A stretch of DNA of 63,693 nucleotides, counting the filler, from Licmophora abbreviata (Eukaryota): NCBI GenBank assembly GCA_900291995.1. It is 16 parts of 16 records of this genome, joined end to end, with 100 filler letters (N's around TTAATTAATTAA, not from the genome) between each part and the next. Parts side by side here need not be neighbours in the genome. Positions count along the whole stretch, not along the records: positions 1 to 7,463 come from OLMU01000370.1; positions 7,564 to 17,473 come from OLMU01000371.1; 14 more parts are not named here. One strand, given 5' to 3'. Both the position numbers and the translations under genes were made by a program. A model generated the notes under the pieces. That model saw nothing but the letters and a program-made list of their open reading frames with translations, did no database searches and was not told the origin of the DNA. Below, piece by piece: positions 1 to 9,867 of the stretch. Positions within the stretch are counted from its first letter, which is position 1; each line of letters begins with the position of its first letter.

Positions 1-1053
1 CCGTCGATGGTTCGGGGGTTGCCGCCCATGGACACGCACAAGTCACACAGCTCTCGACTGGCTCGAGTAACACACGCTGAAAGCGTATTGACCCCAAATC
101 CCATGCCGGCCACCATACCAGCCCCCACGGCCAAGGGGTTCTTCAGCGATCCTCCAAGCTGGACTCCTGTCGAACGAAGGAGAGACAGAAGCGGGGCATT
201 AAGCCAAATATTACCTGCCTGTAAACGGAAGCTTTGCTTCTCACTTCAATCTAGTATACGTACCGATCGGATCTTGTGACGTGTACACCCGAAATGATCT
301 GTTGTTGCTGAGAATCTTTTGCATCTTGACGGCCAGAAAAAGCTGGTCAGACGCTACCACCACAGCGGTAGGAAAGCCCTTGACGATTTCTTCCGCAAAG
401 CTCGGTCCACTAAGAAAGGCCAAGGGCTGAGCAGCTCGATCGAGTGCGTCCAGAATGGCATGACCAATGAGTTGCTTGGTGGGAAGGTACAAGCCTTTGG
501 CGGTACTGCAAAGCAGCACGTTTGGCGGAATCAGGTCGCGGTGTTCCTTGATCCAAGTGGGAGTCTTCTGACAGGGAAGCGCCAGAATCACGACGACCCC
601 GGGAGCCTGCAGCTCCTTCGCCAAGTCATCAGCAGTACTGATACCGCCAATGGTACCAGCCAGAGAATTCAGCATGTAGTTTGATAGATATTTTGGGTTG
701 TATCCCTTCTCATTCACACACCTGCACTGCACCGTGTCGCGCATGAAGATCACGACGTCATGTCCATTCGACGCGGCCGTGTAGGCCATGGCGGTCCCAT
801 AGCTCCCAGCCCCAATCACAAGAATGCGACTCTTGCCGTTCGAAACGGGCCGAAACTGCTCCATCAACGGCCCCAGAGCCGTTCTCTGCCCTCGACGCAA
901 GTGCTTGAGTGTGCGGCTGCACGCATGACGAAGGCGCTCGCGGTCGCGCAGTCGCAAGAGATACGTGGCGGCTCCCAATCCTCCAGCGAAAGCCACAGCG
1001 GCACTCAGCCATACTGCTTTTGAATTGACGTGTGTAGAAGAAGAAGATAGCAT
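1..1053 (-). CDS. NAD(P)-dependent glycerol-3-phosphate dehydrogenase (GpsA type) with N-terminal membrane anchor; 3' end runs off the window
   Basis: Rossmann motif VIGAGSYGTAMA, STAKGL and LSGPSFAEE. GT-AG intron 263..167 joins ...DPIG to VQLGGSLKNPLAVGAGMVAG (catalytic KN motif). Confidence 0.92.
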
Positions 1054-1275
1054 TATTCCAGGCCGTTTCGCAAGACCATCACATCATGTTGAAGGGGCTG
1101 CTGAAAATCGATTTAGAAAAGAGAGTGTGTTCTCATCCAGGTTCTGTCATGATGTTCTTTCTGTCGGTGTGACATGTCATGACATTTTCCAAAACTTTCA
1201 CTTGAAGTTTGGTTGGATCTTCGATCTGGGTGTCGTGAAAATGGGGAAAAGCCGCATTGTCAACGAAAGATCACC

Positions 1276-2094
1276 ATGAGCACTTTCGTCGTTTGGACGC
1301 TACTGCTGCTTGCCTGTCTTGTAAGCTCTTCTGGGGCGCTCACACAGATTCACAGGCTGCTGCACCGGCAACATGAGACTGCATGGACGAAACTGAACCA
1401 ATCGAGCTCTCCCGATACTACTTTGCCAGTGGTCGACAGCAGCGACGAGGTATCTCGTTTAAAACGAGAATTGCTGCAGCTAGCGGCATCTTACGACCGT
1501 GGGTATGGTGCGAGTCCGTCGGCGAAACGAAAAGTGGAAGAGATAGTGAAAGCACTGGAACCGCTCAACGAGGAAACCGATGCCGCCCAAGGAATCTCGG
1601 GCGGCTCGTCGTCGCCGCTCCGAGGCAACTGGCGCATGGTCTGGACGACAGCGCAGGATGTGCTAGTGTTGGGGGCGTCTCCATTCACCACGGTAGGAGC
1701 CATTTATCAGAACTTTCGTCCTCCGGTAGTGACGAACATTATTGACTTTATTCCCAAGGCACAAGCACTGCTGCCTGCGGCTCTGATACGACCGACTCTG
1801 ATTCGAGCCGAAGTTACGACACGTGCTTCGCCTCGTCCCAAGCGTCCCATGCGAGTGGGGCTTAACTTTGAATCTGTTCAATTGAAACCTGTTGAGGTAC
1901 TGGGGTTTGAAGCAGACGGAATCTTGCCTCCGCTTGGGTTTGATCTTCCTCAGATTGACATACCTGGGACCGACCCCGAAACGGCACCAGGTTACTTTGA
2001 CGTGATGTACTTGGACGATGAACTTCTCATTATTCAGCAAAATGCACCAGGCGGGATGTTCGCCCTTGTGAAAGTACCAGAAAATGATCCTTGA
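1276..2094 (+). CDS. Plastid lipid-associated protein / fibrillin
   Basis: Signal peptide, LKRELLQLAASYDRG, LRGNWRMVWTT, and C-terminal GYFDVMYLDDELLIIQQN typical of PAP_fibrillin. ATG at 1276. Confidence 0.88.
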   Translation: MSTFVVWTLLLLACLVSSSGALTQIHRLLHRQHETAWTKLNQSSSPDTTLPVVDSSDEVSRLKRELLQLAASYDRGYGASPSAKRKVEEIVKALEPLNEETDAAQGISGGSSSPLRGNWRMVWTTAQDVLVLGASPFTTVGAIYQNFRPPVVTNIIDFIPKAQALLPAALIRPTLIRAEVTTRASPRPKRPMRVGLNFESVQLKPVEVLGFEADGILPPLGFDLPQIDIPGTDPETAPGYFDVMYLDDELLIIQQNAPGGMFALVKVPENDP

Positions 2095-2193
2095 GCTCAG
2101 TGGACACTGTGACTGGCCTAGCTAGATTCATCAGAGGACTCCAATGATATATATTTTTTTAGTTTCATTTTTTGCAGAAAGCACTGCAGATAT

Positions 2194-5100
2194 TTACTCT
2201 TCGCGATTGATGAACACCATGCCTTCCTCCTCGACAACCCTACTTTGAGCTGGTTCCACGAGATCCCATTCCGCTTCAGACGAAAGGCAGGCGCTGAGAG
2301 TGTCTTCTTCGTGCTCGTCTGCGCCGTCCCACTCTTGACCGAGCCACGAGTCGTTGTCGCGGCAGAAACGTAGGAACGGCAACCAATTCTTCTTGTCCAT
2401 TGCAAGGACACTAGGGCATCCAATCACTACCACCAAAGACTGAGCTCTCGTAATGGCAACATTAAAGCGTTTCTCATTGGCGACAAAACCTAGGTTGTAT
2501 CGGAGGTCAGATTCCACGAACTCTCCTTCCGAGCGCACCGTGGACAGAATGATACAACGGCGTTCCTGGCCCTGAAACGTTTCGACAGACCCCACCTTGA
2601 TGCCCTGAAAGTTGCGCGTCTTGAGTGCCAAACGGATCTTCTGAGCTTGGCGGGCGTAGGGCGTGATAATTCCAATGTCGTCCAGCGCTACGGGAGGGCG
2701 ACTCTCATTCACGAGAAGGTGCACATAGTTGACAACTTCCTGAACCTCCTGTGGATTGAACCACGATGGGGAATTCCCTTCGCGAAGGTTTTCACCATTG
2801 ACGGAATGGAAAAGGAGTGGGAACGACGGAGTGGGTAAATGCTCCCAGCGAGCCATGCTGTTGGTCTTCATGACGTCTCCGCAGACCAGAAGCTCATTGT
2901 CGTAGAACATCTCATTTGGCAACTTGAGGATCGAAGGATGAGAACGATAGTTGCGAATCAACTTAGTCATGAGGTCCTTGGGATACTGGCCATCTGAATC
3001 GCGACCATATACCTCTCTCTTGGTGAGCCGTTCCATGTACGACACAGCCATGCCAAACTTGACGCAAAGGTCCGAGGTGATGACAGGCCCGAGTTGACGC
3101 GGGTCGCCAGCCAGAATCAGTTGACCCACCTTGTTATCCTTCCTTGTGAAGTCCATGAGCGCCGCAGCGATGCCAATTACTTCAGGCTCGGTAGCATGTC
3201 CAGCCTCGTCCACGCAGAGCACGTCGAAATGCCCCTTGGGCACACCAAAGTACGAAAAGCGAGCGGCGAGATTCACAGTGCTTACGACAATTCGAGCAGA
3301 CAAGATCTCGGTCGCCTGCTCCTGACTTGACAGTCCGTCTGTTGCATATGTTCGTACCGACGGTGCAAGCTGGTCTACGGATCGAGTGTAGGCGATAATG
3401 CGACGCATCTCCGATGGAGGAAAGTAACTCGCAAGCTTTTCCACCAGAACGTCAGCAGCGTCGTTTGATGGCGCAACGAGCAAAACCTTGAGGTTTTCTT
3501 CGTGCTGTGCGAGCTGGTAGACGGCTTCAGTGACCGTAGTGGTTTTGCCTGGAACGGACGGTAGCGAAAAATAGGTGGCGCAAACATGTTAGAATACAGT
3601 GACACAGACGCACAAAGTGGCACATGGTACACTTACCAGTTCCTGGGGGACCGAAAATGATGTACGGGAGAGGACGAAGTATGCCCATTAGAATTCTGCG
3701 TACCGCAATCTGCTGTTCCTCGTTGAGGGCTGGGTTCGCAAAAGACAGCAATTGATGAATTCCTCTACTCTGCAGCTCGCATTCGTCCCCTGGTTGCGGA
3801 AGAAGCATTTGCTTCATGACAGTGGGTGCAAGACGGCACCCTTCGTGGCTGGTACGAAAGGTCGTGCGTGTAAACGTGAAGCGCACATTAACAGTGTCAA
3901 TGTTGACGTTGAAAGAGTTGTGGAATGATGCGTCAAACACAAGCAGCAAGTCTAGCAGCCTCACTCGATCAACGCGTCCTTGGTACTGACGACCGTTCCA
4001 TGTAACCTTGATAATGTCTCCCCGCAAAACGGATGGGCGCCCCTCCGCAAGTCCATGCACGGTAAGAACAAGATACTTCCCTTCTTTTTGGAAGCGAGCT
4101 CCCTCCATGTCAAAAAGCTTGATATCTTCGTACGCCTGCAGCTCGCTGGTCCAGAGCAGGAGCTTCCAGAACTCTTCGTAGGTGTCGACCATGTCGTCAG
4201 CTTTGCGTAGAAGCGCTTCCAGCTCTTTGTTCTGAATGAGCTGTCTTATCTCACCGGGAATCTTGCTTTGTGGGAGACTGGCAAGCGGATTATTTCCGCT
4301 GCTTGTAATGCTTGGGGCAAAGATAACTTCCGATGGAGGCTTTTCGAAGCGTCTCGGTTGTCTCACATAGGGCGAGGTCGGCTTCAGGATACCTTCCATG
4401 TGTGCATCGCCTGATTTCACAGTCAAGTGCCGGGAGATGACAAAGTCCTTTTCTCGGCAGCCGAACCTCATTCGAATGATTGCTCGGTAGACTCCAGTCC
4501 CCGTCGATCTAAAGTGCACCACGACATGCGTATCTGCGTCAAGCAGCAGCACCGGTACGTCTGCGTGCTCGACAGAGAAGGCACGTTTCTGAGGTCCCGC
4601 TACTTCGACTTTTTCCAGTGAAACGTTGCCATAGTCTTCGTTAGTATCTTCAATGTTGAACTCGCAGGCAGCCGCGCCGCGGACCGGGACCAGTTCGGGT
4701 AGATCTTGTACATTCAACACAACAACACCCTCCTTGTCAGCTTCTTCTTGGTGTTTCTTTTCAATGACACGAGCCCTTGATACCGCACGATCTTCCAGAG
4801 AGGGGAATGTCCCAGACGCATCCGCAAAGCACATGATCACCTTGTCCCCGTAGCGGCGCGACTTGAGAAGCTTGTTCTGGCGGAGACGGGCCATGACGGA
4901 TGCCTCCAAGAAGGACGTGTGGCTTTCGCCACTCGTTAGCTCCAAGAACTCCTGGAAGACTTTGCCGGCGCCATCACGATCCGAGCAACGGTCAAGCAGA
5001 GAAGAATGCATTGAGCAATAAGCGTGAAATCCTTGGGCCAGGGTCTGGATGCGATCTTTCTTCTTTTTCTTTTTGTTCTTTTTCGGGATCGAAAATTTGG

Positions 5101-5389
5101 CATCTTCCGGCTTTACCACTTCCACATGAATTTCCTGTCCCTGCCATGGATTAGCGTTGCGCAATAGTCGAGCAGCCACGGCCGGTGTGTACGACGTAGA
5201 AATTTTGAACAAGGCAATCGTTCTCGAGTTTTTCTGTGATTTAGAAAGGGACGTATTCAGAATCTGTCCAGAGACTGCATTTTCTACATGAGCTTCCAGC
5301 TCAGCCTGGTCTACAGCGCGAGGGAGCCTCGTGACCTGTAGCGTTACCACTCGTCCCCTTCTGTTGTTGCCGATAGTCGCCATGGTCAA
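2194..5389 (-). CDS. MOV10/SDE3/Armitage-like UPF1-family (SF1) RNA helicase, 2 exons
   Basis: GLAEGRPSVLRGD (MOV10 signature). Walker A GPPGTG|KT split by intron 3636..3549. DEAGH, GDPRQLGP, NYRSH, VETFQGQE and RFNVAITRA motifs. Confidence 0.93.
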
Positions 5390-6090
5390 AAGGAAGTGTG
5401 CAAAAGTACAACGTAGTGTGCGTATGTTGCAATGCTGTTGGCTGCGGTCTTTAGCGTGAGAGGCAAGGCAGGTGCGAATTTCTGGGATAGCGAAAAGCGC
5501 GCGAACGTCAGTCGGTCGCCGGTATTGACGACGTCAGACGACGTCGGGTAGAATGTCCGGATTCAACACTCATCCTGCGTATTTACGATCTTGTTGTTGT
5601 CGCAGTTGTTGTTGTCGCATGTATCTGGTAGGCTTTGTTTATGTCGACATAGACGCATTGTAAGCTACTGTTCTATTACTAAGGAACTTCTTTGTCTAGA
5701 GAAGACACCTTTCAGTTGCTTGGGGGTGTTTCGTCAGTCTAGAGTGTTCGTCGCTGAGCCGGGAACGAGCGTGTCTACTTATAGTAGCGACGAGCTACAT
5801 TCTCTGCCGCTACTACTTACTCCACATGGGTCTCCGAGATCCGCTTTCCGCACTGCATAGTACAGGCAATGGCTGCGTCGGCTCAGGGTCCACTACCTTT
5901 CGATTCACTCATGGCTGGATCTTAGGCCAGATGGGGCGAAATATCCTCATGCCCAGATACGGCTTCCGTGCTTGACTTTTTCACCGCATCCGATTTCTTA
6001 TCGAGCACCCGTGTCTTCCGATCGCAGGCTACTTCCCTGAGTTATCATCGATTGGTCACCTTGGGACTAGTTCTCCAGAACGAGGGAAAA

Positions 6091-7458
6091 TCACTTGTTC
6101 CGTTCTCCCACTACCGAAACTGCATCAAAACCATGCTGGGTCACAGCTTGTTTCCACATTTCGCCATCAGGGAAGCACTTCCAAACGAGCGAATCGTTTG
6201 AGGGCGTTGCATTATAGAGACCTTGCCATCGTGCAATGGTCCCAGGTAGAAGTGAATAATCTCGCAGCCGCAAGTGATCGTTGTTCAATACGGCCTGCGC
6301 TCGACGCTTTTTCGTCTTGTAGAATCTCATTAGCAAGCCGACGCAATCATGACGCGGCGCCAAACGGAAGACAAATTCGGATTCATTTCGATCACGGGTT
6401 TGCCAAGCATCAATCTTCGTGTCTTGAGAAAGATCACAAGCACTGAGAGAAGGATGAGACCCGATCCACTGTTCGTTGGCATACCGATCTGCCGCTAGGG
6501 TTCCAGGGTCGTCAGCAGCATAGATTCCAAATTCAATGTGTTTTCGCTCGAGCAGGACAGATAGGTCTTCATCAATCCACTTTTGCTTTCTGGCTCCGTA
6601 CTCTATTGGAGGAATAAGCTGTCGTACATAGGAGCAGCGCGCAGCGAAGAAATTTCCGGGGGAATGTATAAAGGGAAAGTAGCGCATGATGAGTCCACAG
6701 ACGTTGCATGTTTCATCCGGGGGGTCGAGGCACAGCTCGTGCGTAGCCGCAAGGGTTCCGTGTCGCCGCCAGTAGGTCTGGCCGTTTCGAAAGAAGCGAA
6801 GGTGCTCATGAAAGCTGCCTTTGTTGTGTACATAAATGACGGTGTCCATCGGATACTCCGTGCAATGTTCATACAAGAGCTGAAGTGTAACTTCCTCATG
6901 CGCTTGTTCGTAATGTTTCACGTGCCGACAGACCAAATCATGATCCTGCTCGCATATCCTTTGTATATCCGGATCTCTTCTGCCGATAGTGTTGTAGTGG
7001 ACGGGCAGTGGCCGTTGCTTCTTTGCTGCGTCCGAAGCGCGAATCTGGTCAAACTGTTCGCCGATGAGTTCAAGAGTTCGATTCCTTTCCGATGAGCTAG
7101 CATTGGGTGGAATATACACATTGTAAAACAAAGCAAGACCAGGATCAACCATACTGTTATTGTTGGTCGCCGCAGGGATTTCGACGAACGATGATTGAAT
7201 GTGGCTCAAACTGACGACGTAGAATGGCAGAGAGATGCCCGAAAAACAAGTGAGTGTCAAAAATATACAAATCCAGGGCGAGAAAAAAACCGCTGATATT
7301 GAAAGGAGAGCATGGTGGACTCGCTGGGCTGCCGCAGATAAACGATGCACCCTCATCGCCGAGCTCTGTAGTGGTGTGGTTGGTGGGTAATGTATAATGT
7401 CTGTGCTGGTTGCGTGTTGTGTTGGAAGTAGCATCATCATCCAGTCATCACACAGCAC
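6091..7458 (-). CDS. Type II membrane protein of unknown function, possibly glycosyltransferase-like; true start probably near 7354
   Basis: Long ORF with one N-terminal TM segment, then a Cys-containing luminal domain with VIYVHNKGSFH, GNFFAARCSYV and RYANEQWIGSHP motifs. Confidence 0.6.
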   Translation of the reverse strand: MLCDDWMMMLLPTQHATSTDIIHYPPTTPLQSSAMRVHRLSAAAQRVHHALLSISAVFFSPWICIFLTLTCFSGISLPFYVVSLSHIQSSFVEIPAATNNNSMVDPGLALFYNVYIPPNASSSERNRTLELIGEQFDQIRASDAAKKQRPLPVHYNTIGRRDPDIQRICEQDHDLVCRHVKHYEQAHEEVTLQLLYEHCTEYPMDTVIYVHNKGSFHEHLRFFRNGQTYWRRHGTLAATHELCLDPPDETCNVCGLIMRYFPFIHSPGNFFAARCSYVRQLIPPIEYGARKQKWIDEDLSVLLERKHIEFGIYAADDPGTLAADRYANEQWIGSHPSLSACDLSQDTKIDAWQTRDRNESEFVFRLAPRHDCVGLLMRFYKTKKRRAQAVLNNDHLRLRDYSLLPGTIARWQGLYNATPSNDSLVWKCFPDGEMWKQAVTQHGFDAVSVVGERNK

Positions 7459-7463
7459 ATCCC

Positions 7464-7563
7464 NNNNNNNNNNNNNNNNNNNNNNNNNNNNNNNNNNNNN
7501 NNNNNNNTTAATTAATTAANNNNNNNNNNNNNNNNNNNNNNNNNNNNNNNNNNNNNNNNNNNN
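7464..7563. other. Artificial scaffold spacer N44-TTAATTAATTAA-N44 (stops in all six frames). Also at 17474, 21038, 25967, 27084, 31920, 35729, 39400, 40861, 47104, 49123, 53249, 56906, 60845 and 62337
   Basis: Identical 100-nt blocks; genes continue across several of them. Confidence 0.98.
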
Positions 7564-7795
7564 GAGATGCCCGAAAAACAAGTGAGTGTCAAAAATATAC
7601 AAATCCAGGGCGAGAAAAAAACCGCTGCTATTGAAAGGAGAGCATGGTGGACTCGCTGGGCTGCCGCAGAGAAACGATGTACCCTCATCGACGAGCTCTG
7701 TAGTGGTGTGGTTGGTGGATAATGTATAATGTCTGTGCTGGTTGCATGTTGTGTTGGAAGTAGCATCATCATCCAGTCATCACACAGTACATCCA
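7564..7795. repeat. Near-identical second copy of 7231..7463, probably an alternative haplotype overlap across the gap
   Basis: ~230 bp repeated on both sides of the spacer with about 7-8 substitutions. Confidence 0.85.
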
Positions 7796-8051
7796 CATCC
7801 CAACGCGCTGTCATCAGCCGCGGCGGTATCGGCGGTACCGGTTTATTGAAAGTATCATGACATTGCATCTTTATTTATGAAACTGTATTCATGCATATAT
7901 TCTATAAATCTATTCAAAGAATCGCCATGGGCCTTTTTCCTTCTGAATGATGACTCTTTTGTCGTCATTATTTGCAAAAAGGGTATGCCTCTTGGTAATA
8001 CTGCCGCCGCCTTCCGTTGTGATCCTTGGGAGCAGCTCCTGGACGACTGAA

Positions 8052-9398
8052 ATGAAGAAAGTGTGCCTGTTCAGCAGACCATTGCTGCTCGTGTGCGCAT
8101 TCGGAATCTATTATGTCTACAATTCAGCCATTCTTTTTCAAAATTTCGACCACCAGGAGGCGACACGGACGTTGATGATGTCCATCCCTTCGCAACGACG
8201 TACCAACTCCAAACAACGTACTTCCAGAAAATTGCCTCGAGTTCTGGCTATTGTCTTTCCACAATTTCACCGCGATCCGCTGAACGATCAACTTTGGGGG
8301 GAAGGTTTCACAGACTGGAACAATCTTCGGGCGGCACCAGCGACGAACCGGCTGGGCTATGAAATTCCAAGACCTACGGAGCTTGGGTACTATGACTTGG
8401 CAAATCAAGCCACCAGGAAGATGCAAGGAGACTTGGCGCATGAGTATGGCATCGACGGGTTCGTGTACCATCACTATTGGTTTTACGATGAGAAGCATCC
8501 CGGCCCGAATCTGCACCGACCGCTTGAGGAGATGCTCAAGGATGGACACCCAGACGTCCCGTTCTTTCTCAACTGGTGTGCCATCAACTGGGTTGATACG
8601 TGGAGTGGCAAGGCCGTAAATGCTTCTAAAGGTGGAGGAGACAACTTACTGCAAGGCCAGACTTTTCCGGATCCCGAAGATGCTTCCGTCCAGGAGCACT
8701 ATGACTGGCTCAAGCAATTCTTTCATCACCCAAACTACATCAAAGTCCGGGGACAGCCTGTGCTGATGCTGCATCAGAAGAAACCCAGGGCGTTTCCAAT
8801 CCTTCAAAAGTTCCGTCGGCTTGCAGAAAGCGATGGATTTCCAGGATTATACATTGTCGTCGGAATGGGCAAGACGCACGATGATCTCTTTCCAGAGGGA
8901 AAGGATCAAGGACAAAGGTTCAATCGATTTCCTAAGGACACGGTGAACAGAACGGTCGCATACCCTCAACCGTATGAAATTACATCGAAGCAGGTCCTCA
9001 AGGTTCCCGGATGGTGCTTGAAAGACCCCAAACCGCAAGGACACTCCTCCCCGGGCTTCCAGATTCCCGGTATTCTAACTTCGTTTGACAATACTCCACG
9101 GAGGGACTTCGAAAGTGCGTTCTTGTGGTCTGCGGATGAGCCTGACAAAGTTGTAGAACGCTTCTATCAGAGTGTGTATGCGGCAGTGTATTATGAAACA
9201 TGTTGTTTCCCGCTAGCACAGGAAGCAAGCGGCGACGATGAACGATTGATTGTGATAAACTCAATGAACGAATGGGCAGAAGGCATGGCTTTGGAGCCAA
9301 GTAACGTGTTTGGGCGTAAACTTCTGGAAGCCGTCCGGGACGCCAAGGCGGAAGTTCTGCATAGTAATTGCACGACTTCTATGGAAACAAAGTATTAA
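8052..9398 (+). CDS. WbsX / GH99-like domain protein with type II membrane anchor
   Basis: LAIVFPQFH...NDQLWGEGFTDWNN, LGYYDL, YGIDGFVYHHYWF, FDNTPRR and INSMNEWAEGMALEP are WbsX-family motifs. Intronless. Confidence 0.88.
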   Translation: MKKVCLFSRPLLLVCAFGIYYVYNSAILFQNFDHQEATRTLMMSIPSQRRTNSKQRTSRKLPRVLAIVFPQFHRDPLNDQLWGEGFTDWNNLRAAPATNRLGYEIPRPTELGYYDLANQATRKMQGDLAHEYGIDGFVYHHYWFYDEKHPGPNLHRPLEEMLKDGHPDVPFFLNWCAINWVDTWSGKAVNASKGGGDNLLQGQTFPDPEDASVQEHYDWLKQFFHHPNYIKVRGQPVLMLHQKKPRAFPILQKFRRLAESDGFPGLYIVVGMGKTHDDLFPEGKDQGQRFNRFPKDTVNRTVAYPQPYEITSKQVLKVPGWCLKDPKPQGHSSPGFQIPGILTSFDNTPRRDFESAFLWSADEPDKVVERFYQSVYAAVYYETCCFPLAQEASGDDERLIVINSMNEWAEGMALEPSNVFGRKLLEAVRDAKAEVLHSNCTTSMETKY

Positions 9399-9867
9399 CA
9401 ATGCAAAGAGGAACTTTGGCGTTAGCTAGCTACAGAAGCTACAAGATGGCTCTGCATTCTTGCTTCAGCTATAGAATACCAGTAGCTAGAAAGTGACGGC
9501 AAACTATTATCATCAATACGTGAACCGGTAGAGTATTTCAGGATCCATACACGGCATCATGGTAGCAGGTACCGACCGTAGCTGTGAATATAGAATAGGT
9601 ACGAAGCACCTGGTAACGCTATGTGAGAGAGAGTGCTCCTCTCGTCCGTCTGATGTCACCGGATGACGGATGATGACCCATGACGAGCGCGCCGCCTCAT
9701 GAATGCCGCTCGCGCTCGTCGTCGCGCGTCAATACTCAACTCTCCAGACACAGCGGCGTCGACGACGATGGTGACCGACAGCACATGCTAGTCTACCCGG
9801 TATAACCTTTTCATTGTTGAAGAGCAATCCCATAAGAAGACTGTTGAAGCGCAAAGTAGATTGAACC

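Noticed and set aside
167..263. Internal TTTACAG-GCAG-GTAAT in the GPDH intron as a micro-exon
   Set aside because: A 4-nt exon would break the frame and the sub-introns would be under ~50 nt; a single intron gives the conserved protein.
7508..7519. Recurrent TTAATTAATTAA palindrome
   Set aside because: Always centred in N runs; an artificial six-frame-stop linker.
9682..9720. 10-bp GC-rich inverted repeat upstream of golgin-84
   Set aside because: A single short stem in CG-rich promoter DNA with no other support.
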